A stretch of DNA of 63,643 nt from Octopus bimaculoides (taxonomy: Eukaryota): positions 143,021,062 through 143,084,704 of the forward strand of contig NC_068981.1 in NCBI RefSeq assembly GCF_001194135.2. The letters run 5' to 3'. This document shows positions 52,700 to 63,643 of the stretch, piece by piece. Within the stretch, counting starts at the first letter, position 1. Every line of letters begins with the position of its first letter. Both the position numbers and the translations under genes were made by a program. The notes beneath the pieces are model-generated. The model worked only from the letters and a program-made list of their open reading frames with translations, had not been told where the DNA came from and made no database searches.

Positions 52700-53600
52700 T
52701 TAACTTTTCCTATTTGTAAACTATGTGCATCCGTTATTGTATCTTTTCCTATGCTTTTAAATCGCTTCCAAAACGTTTGTAAATATGATTTGCGTTGTCT
52801 GCATAGCATTCAAGAGTTGCTTATTATTATATGTGTTGTTTTTGCTTTCATTCCACACAGTCTAATGATATCTGTTTTCAGATCTTTATTTGTATAATTT
52901 CTATATGTTGTTCAGAAACACATTATTATCTGCTGGTAGTATTATTCTAAAGAGGAAGCAATTTCTTTTGTAGTGAACCTTGACAGTAATATTGTCTCCA
53001 GCATCTATTTGCAAATTGACAAATCCCAGAGTATGGCGGCTTTGTCACTATCACTTTTCTCTTCGTATTATATAATACAGGTATAATTTCTAATGTATTC
53101 AATCCCATTATATTATGCTTGTAGAAGTATTCTCTTTTGGCTAAATTTCGACAGACGAAAACAATAAGAATAATTTGTATTTAATAGCTGCCTTATATTT
53201 TCTTCCTACATAATGTAGCTTCTTCTATGATCTGTTTGCGGGGAGTTTCTTGTGCGAAGTCTTTCAAACTGTATTACAAACAATTATCATTTAGTTTCAA
53301 CGTTATGTTTCGTGCTTCTCTCCTACAGCTTGTTGCAATTTGATATTTATACCTGGCACTCAGTTCAGTTTTTAGGCATTGGCCGTATAAAAATCGTTTG
53401 TGATCGCTTTGCTACCGCATTCTCGGACCACATTTTAAACTAATTGTTATCCTTTTCAACATTTCTTTCGTGTTTTTCTCTCACCTGCTGACATAAGCTC
53501 TAATTTCAGGCGTCATTCTTGAATATGTTGATTTCCTCGAATGACAAAAAAAATAATAAAAAGTATTTGCTTCGTTTTGTTTTAAGTCTTCCTCTTTTCC
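52700..53600 (-). mobile_element. possible very old LINE ORF2 remnant (endonuclease-RT linker)
   Basis: Weak motifs MTPEIRAYV, AKREYF and FTTKEIASSL on the minus strand. Heavily degraded. Confidence 0.25.
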
Positions 53601-55209
53601 ATTCCTATATATATTTTGATAATCCTATGGCATACATTTTATGATAAAGTTATATTTGCATTAACGCCTTACATTCGCAATAAACAAACTTTTATGCAGT
53701 TATTAATTACTTGTAGGGACGCGGTATTTTGTTACGAAGCCATGATATACTCTAAAGTATATCAAACGTTTTTATAAGTTAATACCACATTCTACTGTAT
53801 TAGCTGTGTTATTACATCACATGTTAAGGTTATCTCTAGAAATTATAGTCAGCACCGATTTTGTTACGACATTTTGTATCTGAGACCCTAGATGTAAACA
53901 AACAATGAAATACGACCATTACTTTTATGTTTTGTGCTTTGTCTTGCTAACTCATTCAGGGGCCAATTGAGAATATTCTCTCTATAAATTACTATTGACA
54001 CAACTAATTTATTGATGCGTATCGTATTTTGGCTTTAAAATTTTACTGTTTTAGATAATAATCTGCGTCATGAATACACATCTACATATTTTATTTATGA
54101 TTTACTGTGTTACAAGAATATATCGTCTAATTCATTGGTTCATATATGTATCTATACGAGTATAATTTGTTTGATTGTCTACTTTCTGTTTATCTATATA
54201 GCATAATAGTTCTTAATTAATGCTGCATTGTTTGAAGTTGTCTTGGCACATGTTTCCAATCCCAATCTCACAGAAATAATTCTTTTAATAAATCCGTCTG
54301 TCGTTCTTCTATAAATTTCTCATAATAATTATCTGAACAAAAAGATTTTGTTTTTTCTCCATACATAAAATAATAGTACAAATCTAATCTGGTCTAACAG
54401 GCTGGCTAAATTTATCGCTAGTCAGAAAAGTAGCCGGTGTAAACAATCCCCTTGGAAAATTCTTGCTACAGTTAAAATAATATTTTAACATGTTCAGTAT
54501 ATGTACAATTATGTGCACTACGCTCCTAACGGTTTTAATGTGTCTTCATATTACTGCTTGTAAGTCGCTAATGAATAATATTTCCAGATACCATTTGTAT
54601 AGAACATAGTCACTTTCTCTTCTTCACGGTGGAGGACGTTCTTCCTTCAGCTATCTGTTATCTGTTGCTTATCAACAATGGAAATCTTTATAGCAGTTTG
54701 AGCAGTTGTTGAATTCGTTCTGCTCTTCTGGATAGAAGTTGTCATTCTGCATATCTTTCTCTGTGTGATATTATTGCAGTTAAATCTCCGTAACCTCTAG
54801 GCAGATATATTATGTGTATTTAATGTTTAGCATTCACTGTGTCTCTAAACTAGGGTCTTAGGATGTTTTCTCATTAGATATACATCTGTGAAACCGTTAA
54901 TATCTTATTAAAATTCCCTCCTAGTGTCTTATATGTATTTGCTGTATATATTAACGTTACCTTTACATTTCTTTTTCGATTTTCTTTCAAGAACTCAATA
55001 AAATACTTTTGGTTGAATTCGAACTAATTTACTTAAAAGGATTTCGTCACTTTAAACTAATGAAATATTTCCGATTTTTCAAAGTACGTTGAATCATGCG
55101 AGATATGATTTCCTCTGTCAATATATTAACTGCGTTGTTGTCTTTGTTGTGGCTGTTGTTTATGCTCTCCTTGTTCTTTTTCGTTTTTGTTTTTTTGTAG
55201 TAGTTGTTG

Positions 55210-56520
55210 TTATTATTATTAATAATATACTCTTAACAGATTAGACATTTGGAGAAGAAAAGAATACTAACATCGGGCTATAATTAGAGTCAGATGCCAA
55301 TATCCCACCTACTGGGTTACAGCAAGTAATCCTAGATGCCAAGAACCTTCATAAGTATCCTACCTGTTCCTAATAACACTGTTTTCTGTAGCTGTACTAA
55401 ACTGGATTTTATGCCTAGTTCCTTTAAACATCTGTTCAGATTTTTAGGGATTGTTCCCAATGCGCCAAAAACTTCTGGGATACATTTTACCAGCACTTTT
55501 TATAGTCTCTGTAATTCGATTGTTAGGTCGTGGTACTTTGCTATTTTTCTATACTTTTTATATTAAATTTTTCATCATTTGGGATTGTAAAGCCTTGCAC
55601 TTTCTATTCTCTTTATCTACTAGTATCAAATCAGGCCTTCTAGCATCTATTACGCTGTCAATTTGCATGATAAAGTCCAGCAAACTCATCTATTTCTTAC
55701 ATTCTAGTACTTTACTAGGTTCATGTTCATACTATTTATTAGTATGTTCAAATCCTTGCTTTCTGTATACTTCCCAGTGGATTCCTCTCCCTAGATTATC
55801 ATGTCGTTTTTTGTATTCTTTCTGTGCCAGCATGCTACAATCATTTAATATATGAGTAAAGCTACCCTCTTTTCATCTATACGTGGAATCCACTTGGACT
55901 TTTGTCTATTTTGGCTTTTAGCCAATTATTCCTTAATGCTTGATCTTGTGATGCTACTAACATACTTTCGGTCTCACTCTTCAGCTTTCCAGTCTGCAGC
56001 AATAACCACGTCTCATTACTACTATTTGCTGAAACTATTTGTGGGAATCTACCATGCCAGTCAGATAATTTCTGTTATTTTTCCTGGTTTTTAAGTTCGT
56101 TTCGTATTTTGGTTTTCCTATGTCTTGTTATGACGTGACCAGCTTTAGATAAACGTTCTTCACTATTACCTAGATAGAAGTCTATATCTACTCTAGCAAA
56201 CATATTGAATTCCTACATAGTTCCTCTGTTTAGATCTGCTAATTCAGTATCTAAGTAATGATACTGCCCGAGTAATTCCAACCTTCACTAGATTCGGACT
56301 ATTTGACTTTCACTTCATAAGCTTCCTCACCCTCAGTTTTAGTCTTCATAACCGTAGTTAGTAATCTGTCAGATTCTAATACGCCTAGATAGTTACAACC
56401 CTCTCCTCCTTTCAATGATTTTAATGTCTGCCCATCGGGTAATTGGATGCCTTCGTAGTTGACTACCTGTCCCCTTCTCATGAATAATAATTCACACTTA
56501 ACTATGCCAAATTCCATCCC
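55210..56520 (-). mobile_element. R4/Dong-type LINE copy A (RT C-terminus, CCHC, RLE, 3' UTR, TAA tail)
   Basis: GMEFGIVKC...NYLGVLESD, ETESMLVASQDQAL, AQKEYKKRHDNLGRGIHW, PDLILVDKENRKC, KYHDL, FGALGTIPK, LQKTVLLGTGRILMKVLGI*, followed by (TAA)n at ~55225-55210. Confidence 0.85.
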
Positions 56521-59050
56521 TAAGGATTTTGGTAGTGTCTGATTCCGCTGCTCTCTGAGGTTTCTGCTCATACGTCGCCTTGCCTCTCTTAGCCCCCACT
56601 TTTCGCAGTTTTCAATGTAGCCCTTTCGCTACCTGATGGTGTCGCCACAACTTATAATGATTTTGGGTAAGTCTAGGACATTCTTTCGTGATATGGCCAA
56701 TGGTTAGATCCACTCTATTGCAGATGCAGTGCAGCGGTGACACTTGCTCATTCCTAATATTAACCCTCCTATTTGTGACCAAAGCTTGGTCTTGCGCTGC
56801 CAATATAGTGCTCTCGTTGTCTTTTTATAGTGTTCCTTTCATCAGTCAAGCCCACCTATTTTCCCAGTAACTTCGGTTGTATATGAAAGGAATCGATAGA
56901 GTAGCTTTTCGTTTGCATAATTCTTCTTCATGTCCTTTTTACATTTCTTCCTTTGTTTTTCCTTTCCTCTCCGCTCTCAATACTCCCTCGTCCCTAACTG
57001 TCACTAGCAAGGTTTCCTAACTTTGGGCAAGGTATCTCATTAAGCTCTCGAATTCGATCCGCGAACAGTGTTCCACACTTTTCTGTCAACTTCATCCATT
57101 TGCGCTCTTCGTGTATAGTCGATCAGTGTCTGCGCGTGGATGATGGGCACCATGCATCGTTGTCCATTTCAGGATTCCAGCGTCACATCGACCTACTGCG
57201 ACCGCGGACGAGTTTATTGCCAAACTTTTGTTTCTTGCATTTACCTTTGAAGACAATATTTTTCAAGCTCGTCGCGGGTACTTTCTTTTTGTCTTCCCTT
57301 CATGTCATTTTGCTTGATTCCTTGTGCAAGAAATATTCCCAGGTATTTATAACTGGATTGAGGTTGAACTGCTTTCATCATTTCACCCCTTGCAACCATG
57401 TGCTTTCTGTTCTGAAAAGATATTCTCGTCCTAACACCATCAGAGTACATTTTGAGAGTCCAAACTCGATCCTAACATCATTGGAGAAAATTCGCACAGA
57501 CTGAGTTTTTGTGAATAGCTTCAGGTCGTCCATGAATCGCAAGGGGATTAGTTTTCCCTTAACTCTTCCCATATCATACCCCAAATTTGGTTGCTGTAGT
57601 ATTTCACTGAAGGTGATCATTGCCAACACGAACGTCAGTGGGCAAACACTGTCCCCCTGGATGTCTCATCTCTTGATGTTCACCTCTCCTAATACTTGAT
57701 TCCCTGCCGTCAATTCTGTTCTCTAGCATTACATGCTATTCCATATTAATTTTCTCATATTCTCTACTACTCCTTACATTTCCATTGCTTTTATTATCTA
57801 GAAGTGTGGTATCATATCGTTTGCTTTACAATTGTCAACCCATATCTTGATCGGGTTTCTTTGTCTTCTCTTGCAGTTCCTGAAATTTGAGTATCAATTA
57901 AGAGCTGGTCCGTTGTTCCCCGGCTCCACTTTCGATATTCTTTCTTTTCAATAGATAGCAGCCTACATTTTCCCAGTTATCTATTCATTTCACCGGTCAA
58001 CACACCTGACATTAGTTTTCTACATTACCGGGAGAATCGCTATTGGTATAAAGTTGGATGCAGCATTTCCCTTTTCAGGATCCTTGGTACAAAACAATAT
58101 CTTTCTGTTTGTCATTTAGCTGGGTAGTGCGCCTTTTCTACAAACACTCATCTACCTGTTGCACTATCCTTTCATGGAGCCCTCTCAGCATCTTCATCCA
58201 ATAACCTTGGAACCCATCTGGTCCTGGACTCTTCCAATTTTGGAATTTCCTAAACTGCATTTTTTTTTCATTTCTGTAGTTATTTCTATATCTTGGTGAC
58301 TTTCTGTACTTCTTAGCCTATCTTGGATTTCATGCAACTACTCTGCTTCATGATTAATCTCCACAGGATGTTCCTAGATCCCTCCCCAGAATGCCCTGGT
58401 TTCCTCTGCATCTGCTATCATTGTTACGTGTAAATGCCCATCTAGTTCCTGAAACAGTTTTTTTCTGAATTGCTTCAAACAATCTATTTTGCCTCACCTG
58501 TTTTGTTCTATTGTCATATCTTTCAAGTTTTGCTTTGATTGCTACTCCTCTTTGTTTCAATTCTTCTAGCATCACATCATGCCCTTTATCTCTAATTCGA
58601 TATGTTCTTTCCAGCATTATTCTTATACTTTCGTTCTGCAATTCCACTCTACTCGATCTATCAACTTGTCCTAAGTGTCTTTTTAACTTTGTTTCTCACA
58701 AATTCGTCTACGCCAGAATGGTTCTTTACATTCTGTTTGTTCTCTTCCTTATTATCCAAATTTATCTACACTAACCATAGATGAAGCCCAAATAATCTCG
58801 TTAGGTTCAGCTATGTTTCTTGTCTGGAATAGCCTAATCCGAATCTATCTTTACAGTTTCAATTTTCAGCTTTTGTCGATGAATATGCCTCAGATTGCGG
58901 GAGTGCTCAATTCTGGTCTTCTCTAATATATCGGCCCAACATCCTCGCTATATGTTGTTGGTCATCATTGTATTATTGTGCTATAGTTCTTCCTATTATT
59001 TATGCTTCATTGGCTGAACATGCATTTACAGTTAAACTTTGCTGTATGTC
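56521..59050 (-). mobile_element. R4/Dong-type LINE copy B (N-terminal region, RT, CCHC)
   Basis: EPFWRRR, LKQRGVAIKAKLERYDNRTKQVRQNRLFE, FIPIAILP, RFMDDLKLF (RT catalytic motif), FGLSKC, YKYLGI, AAQDQAL, IGHITKECPRLTQNHYK, YEQKP...KILRD. Confidence 0.85.
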
Positions 59051-59106
59051 CTCACTGCTGCCATTCATTTCTCTATTCTCACTGGGCAATGAATCTGAGG
59101 GATAAG

Positions 59107-59107
59107 G

Positions 59108-59161
<54 letters not shown>

Positions 59162-59250
59162 TCATTTTTTCCCTTTTAATTTTAATCTGCATATTTGTTA
59201 CAGTGACTTGCCGAGACACACCCAGTGTCCTGGGGCGAGTGAAGGATATG

Positions 59251-59313
<63 letters not shown>
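59107..59313. repeat. (TTA)n/(ATT)n microsatellites flanking a short unique spacer
   Basis: Runs at 59107-59160 and 59247-59313. Confidence 0.9.
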
Positions 59314-59315
<2 letters not shown>

Positions 59316-59460
59316 AGCGGTGAGCTGGGAGAATCGATAGCACGCCGTGTAAAATGCTTAGTGGCATTTCGACCGTCTATAAGTTCTAACTTCAAATTCC
59401 GCATTTCACACTCTCGGGGTCGATAAGTACCCGTTATGCAATGGAGTTGATATAATTAAG
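59314..59460 (+). mobile_element. SINE family B copy
   Basis: AGCGGTGAGCTGGGAGAATCGATAGCACGCC...TTCAAATTCCG...TCGGGGTCGATAAGTACC. Confidence 0.8.
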
Positions 59461-59465
59461 TAGCT

Positions 59466-59535
59466 CCTGAAGAAGAAGACGAAGAAGAAGAAGAAGAAGA
59501 AGAAGAAGAAGAAGAAGAAGAAGAAGAAGAAGAAG

Positions 59536-59564
<29 letters not shown>
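59466..59564. repeat. (GAA)n microsatellite
   Basis: Direct reading. Confidence 0.95.
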
Positions 59565-59566
<2 letters not shown>

Positions 59567-59739
59567 GTGTATGCACGGATTTGTAACTTACCTTATTATT
59601 GGAAGTTTTCATCACTTTTATAAAGATTGTTTACTTCCATTCTCAGGTCATTTTACATCTCAGTGAAATGTATACATATACATGCATAGATACACGTGTA
59701 CACATACATACATATATATATAAATACGTGTGTGTGCGT

Positions 59740-59795
<56 letters not shown>

Positions 59796-60599
59796 AGGAA
59801 AGACCATACTTAATTTTGGAATCTTTAAAATGTCGCCAACCAAACTTGGAATGAACTTCATTCTATTCAAAAGCACATGTCAAAATCTCAATACGGTTCT
59901 TATGCCATCAACCTATATAAAGCAGCGTAAAATGATTCACCAAACTAATCTGATTATTGAAGCACACGAATTCCCCATCGATGCGAATGAAGAGAATGGG
60001 GAAAGACAACATTGAATGACTTATCAATGATATTTCAATAGATTTCCAGATAAAAGTGTTCGTTCCGAAAGGAATTCCAAACTAGCTGAAGAAAATCCCC
60101 GGAATTTCAATGGCATTGGCTATATTTACAATATGACAACTGAATTATATGTTCCGCAACATTATAGGGGGGTCAACAATTTCCTTTGTTGTTAGTGACT
60201 TCATAAAAATACATCCTTAGACAATTTACGTTGCAAAGATTTGCAAGTTGTTTGCAACCTCCCCAGGTTTCTTTTAACAGTTGTTCGAAAATCTTCCCTA
60301 ATATTACGAGCTACATTTTTGTTATTCTATCATATCTTTCTTCTTAGTCCCTTTCTTTTTGTTTTGGCTTTTTTTTCTTTCCTTTTTTTTCTCACTGTAG
60401 TAAATGTTACATTTTTACTTTTTTTTTCATTTTGTTTTTTTCTTTTCTTTTTCAATGCGAAACACTTTTATTTTGTTCTGTCTCTCTCAAACAATATTTA
60501 TTTCTCCACTATGTATTTCCAAATATTATTTCACATGCTATCTCTAATTCTATCTATTCTCACGTTTGTAATCTTATTTACTCTCTTTTTGTGTCGTGT

Positions 60600-60642
60600 G
60601 CCTCACTTTCTCACTTACTCGCTTTTACTTCGTCTCTCTTTC

Positions 60643-60729
<87 letters not shown>

Positions 60730-60858
60730 TCAATCTATTTCTTGTATTCTACTTCTCTTGCTCAATCTTTATATATTTCTTTCTGTCAAGTTCACAGTTT
60801 ATTTTCTAGATCTCTCTCTTCGTCTATGTCCGCTATTATCTCTATCTGTTTTGTACGA

Positions 60859-60893
<35 letters not shown>

Positions 60894-61050
60894 TTCTTTC
60901 TTTCACTCTCTCTTTCTCTCTCTCTGTCTCTTTATCTCTCTATCTATCTATCACCATCTCTTTCTTTTTCTCTCTCTCCCCACTTTCTCCTATCTCTCTC
61001 TCCCTATCTCTCTGCTTCTCTTTAACAAACTGTGTATCTTTATATTTACT
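60600..61050. repeat. degenerate (CT)n/(CTAT)n pyrimidine tract
   Basis: Direct reading; source of the 289-aa L/S/F ORF. Confidence 0.9.
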
Positions 61051-61844
61051 TCTCTCTTCCTTCCCTATTATCCCAACACTGTATCCCTACCTCTCCTTAA
61101 CCTGTTCTAACTTGCAACGTTCAATAATTTGTTATCACCCTTTCTATTCTTTAGAGAATAGATTTGAAGCAGAAAATAAAGAACGATAGTATAAAAGTGT
61201 ATATTAAAAAATAAAATAAAATATTTCAGGGATAAATTATTCTTCATCAAATTGATATATTCCGAAGTTTCCGAAACTGAATTGTAATCTCAAGCAATCT
61301 CTTCAAGAAACAATCTGAGAAATTGGCATATTTCCAAATATTACAGAAGTACTGACCTCCTTTTTTTTTTTCATAATCTATTCTATATTTTTGGCAGTCT
61401 GCCAGTATGTGAAGATTTGAAAGAAATTTTTCGTAAGTATATTGAAAAGATCTCACGGACAGGAAGAGTTTGGATGTACTTATTATAGTATGAAGCATCA
61501 CACGCCACACAGAACAGCCTTAAGATATCTATCAGTGATCAATTCTTTTGTGGGAAAGGGCGGAAAAATACTAAAGAAGTAATTATTGTTGAATAAATAA
61601 ATAAACAAATAAATAGATAAGCAAATAAATAAATACTAGCTTAAACATACTGCTCGAATATCGCAATTCCAATTTCCTTTCTCTAGTTATTTTTTGCAAC
61701 AAAGATTTTACGAATATGAAAGAACCATTTAAACAAAAATAATTTATGATCCAATATAAAATAAATGACAGCGTTTCAATACGACACTAATGGATACAAT
61801 AACAATAGCTTCAGTAATATATTTTTTTTATTTATGCACCCTTT

Positions 61845-62090
61845 TAAATCCTAACCAGGCTCATGGGACCGGTTTCCCGGTTTCTATGGCGTATGTGTTC
61901 TCCTCAGCCGGACGGGACGCCAGTCCATCGCAGCGTTACTCAAGAAACAGGGAGAAAGAGTGAGAGAAAGTCGGGGTGAAAGAGTACAACAGGGGTCGCC
62001 ACTACCCTATGCAGGAGCCCCGTGGAGCTTTAGGTGTTTTCGCTTAATAAACACACACAACGGCCGATCTGTGCCATTGCGCCTCCACAT
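61845..62090 (-). mobile_element. SINE (third family), internally deleted head
   Basis: Reverse complement starts GTGGAGGCGCAATGGC (A-box-like) and continues GTGTTTATTAAGCGAAAACACCTAAAGCTCCACG. GC-rich island in AT-rich DNA. Confidence 0.55.
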
Positions 62091-62230
62091 CAGTAATATA
62101 AATTATCTAGAAAATATAATCTGAAAATGATGGTTCGAGACCTACAGGCAGCCATCAACATTTCCTCCTGTACTTGAAACAATTTATCATACGAATAGAC
62201 AGACAGATAGGTAGCTAGGGATGTAGGTAA

Positions 62231-62302
<72 letters not shown>

Positions 62303-62369
62303 AGGAATGCAATCAAATTACAGTTATCACCGCGCACACTCGCAATTATACAAACATATAACTATGACA

Positions 62370-62670
62370 CACCGTCGGTTACGGCGACGCAGTTTGCAAT
62401 TGATCATGAAAGTAAAGTGCAACTGGCTGAGCATTCCACAGACACGCCTACTCTAAGCGTAACATAATTCTCAAAGAGATTCAGCGTGACACAGAATGTG
62501 ACAAGACTGGTCCTTTGAAATACAAGAACTACTCCTACTCATTAAAATACAGGTACTGTTCATTTTTGCCAACTGAGTAGACTGGAGCAACATGAAATGA
62601 AGCGTCTTGCTCTAGGACACGACGAACCGTCAAATTTCGATTTTAGATCGTGAATTATATACCGCGATAG
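62370..62670 (-). mobile_element. SINE with GTGTCCTAGAGCAAGAC core-like segment
   Basis: The CORE-like motif (cf. GTGTCCTTGGGCAAGAC) and a tail ending CGTCGCCGTAACCGACGGTG are recognisable. Confidence 0.55.
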
Positions 62671-63643
62671 TTGCACCTACTAGTGATATTAGAATCCGCA
62701 TATGACGGCGTAACACCATCTCCCATTAGCAAGAGTTCCGGAATGGTGTGACTTACCATGAAAAAGATTTATAGGACCTTTTTTATGGTATGTAAGAGAT
62801 ACCATTTAATTGGACGTGATGCGATAATCTGTCATGCCAAGCAATAAAGGATTCTTTAAACATAGGGTGCTTTATTTCCCGTAAGATATGATACCCCCAC
62901 TCTACCTTGGGGCGGGCATACTTTGATGAGATTTTGCTACATGCAAGTTGGGTGAACGAATGTCCAGTGCAGTTATCTCTCTGTTCAGAGAAAGTCACTG
63001 TATTAAACATTTTTTTAAAGCGGATACCAAAGAAATTAAATTTAAGACAAAACGGGTACTAATCAATGAATTGTATATACTAGGTGTTAGTTTCATGTGT
63101 CCTTATTTAGGAAAAGCTTGTTGTATTTGTGAAAAGTCAGCATTATTGGGGAGGGTAAATTTTAACGTCCTCTCCGATACTGTTGGGGGGAGGAGCAAAA
63201 GTTAGCAGACATGTAGGAATGGAAGCTATCTGAATATTGGAGAAGATTTACCTGTACGCTTTTCGACTCAATTCTGTGCATTCTGCCCTTTCGGCCAGAT
63301 AAAATATAATTCGTTTTACGCTATCTTCGTTTGCCAATATATTGATTTCTGACGAGGGCACAAGTTTCCATATTTGTGGGCACAAATTCTGAATGTGTGC
63401 TTCTATCATAGGTTATTTCAACCACTTATTTTATGGAGGGATTTAAATGCATGACAATTAAACCCACTAGCAGAACTGTTGCGTATTTTCCAAAAATCAG
63501 ATGGATGAAAGAGAAATTTGTAAATTGGGCAAAGCAGTGTTACGATTTTATAACCTGTCGTCTAATAGGCATAGGGAATATAATCTATGTATACATACAT
63601 ACATACATACACACACAAACACATATGTATATATATATATATA

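Noticed and set aside
60241-61189. 289-aa and 197-aa Leu/Ser/Phe-rich ORFs resembling membrane proteins
   Set aside because: Translation of a degenerate (CT)n tract with stop-poor composition; no start context or domain.
62750-63010. Minus-strand ORF and GTAAGT donor as host exon
   Set aside because: The frame stops before the donor and the peptide is unrecognisable.

Overview
AT-rich eukaryotic non-coding DNA with eight large assembly gaps (N runs of more than 100 nt), most flanked by (TA)n or (TG)n. The SINE and LINE content resembles a cephalopod (Octopus-type) genome; this is an inference from repeat families, not a lookup. No intact host gene is evident. One weak Cys-rich exon candidate lies at 16.8 kb, and most long ORFs in the track are microsatellite or N-gap artefacts. 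The window is a transposon graveyard: a hAT (Charlie/Buster) fossil, a Tigger/pogo fossil, three mariner fragments, CR1/L2-type RT remnants, several R4/Dong-type (RLE) LINE pieces, a Penelope GIY-YIG fragment and two to three tRNA-derived SINE families. Two things stand out. (1) A short Penelope pLTR-derived repeat occurs four times and carries a minimal, palindrome/dimer-type hammerhead ribozyme with compensatory changes in stem II. At 35.2-36.0 kb two copies, each fused behind a tRNA-like Pol III head and an (AAT)n spacer, form an ~800-bp fold-back centred on a perfect 18-bp palindrome. (2) A 1.6-kb ORF1-only (RRM-like + CCHC) retroelement sits inside a SINE between 9-bp direct repeats and ends in the same 3' tail as that SINE, within a nested/tandem SINE cluster.
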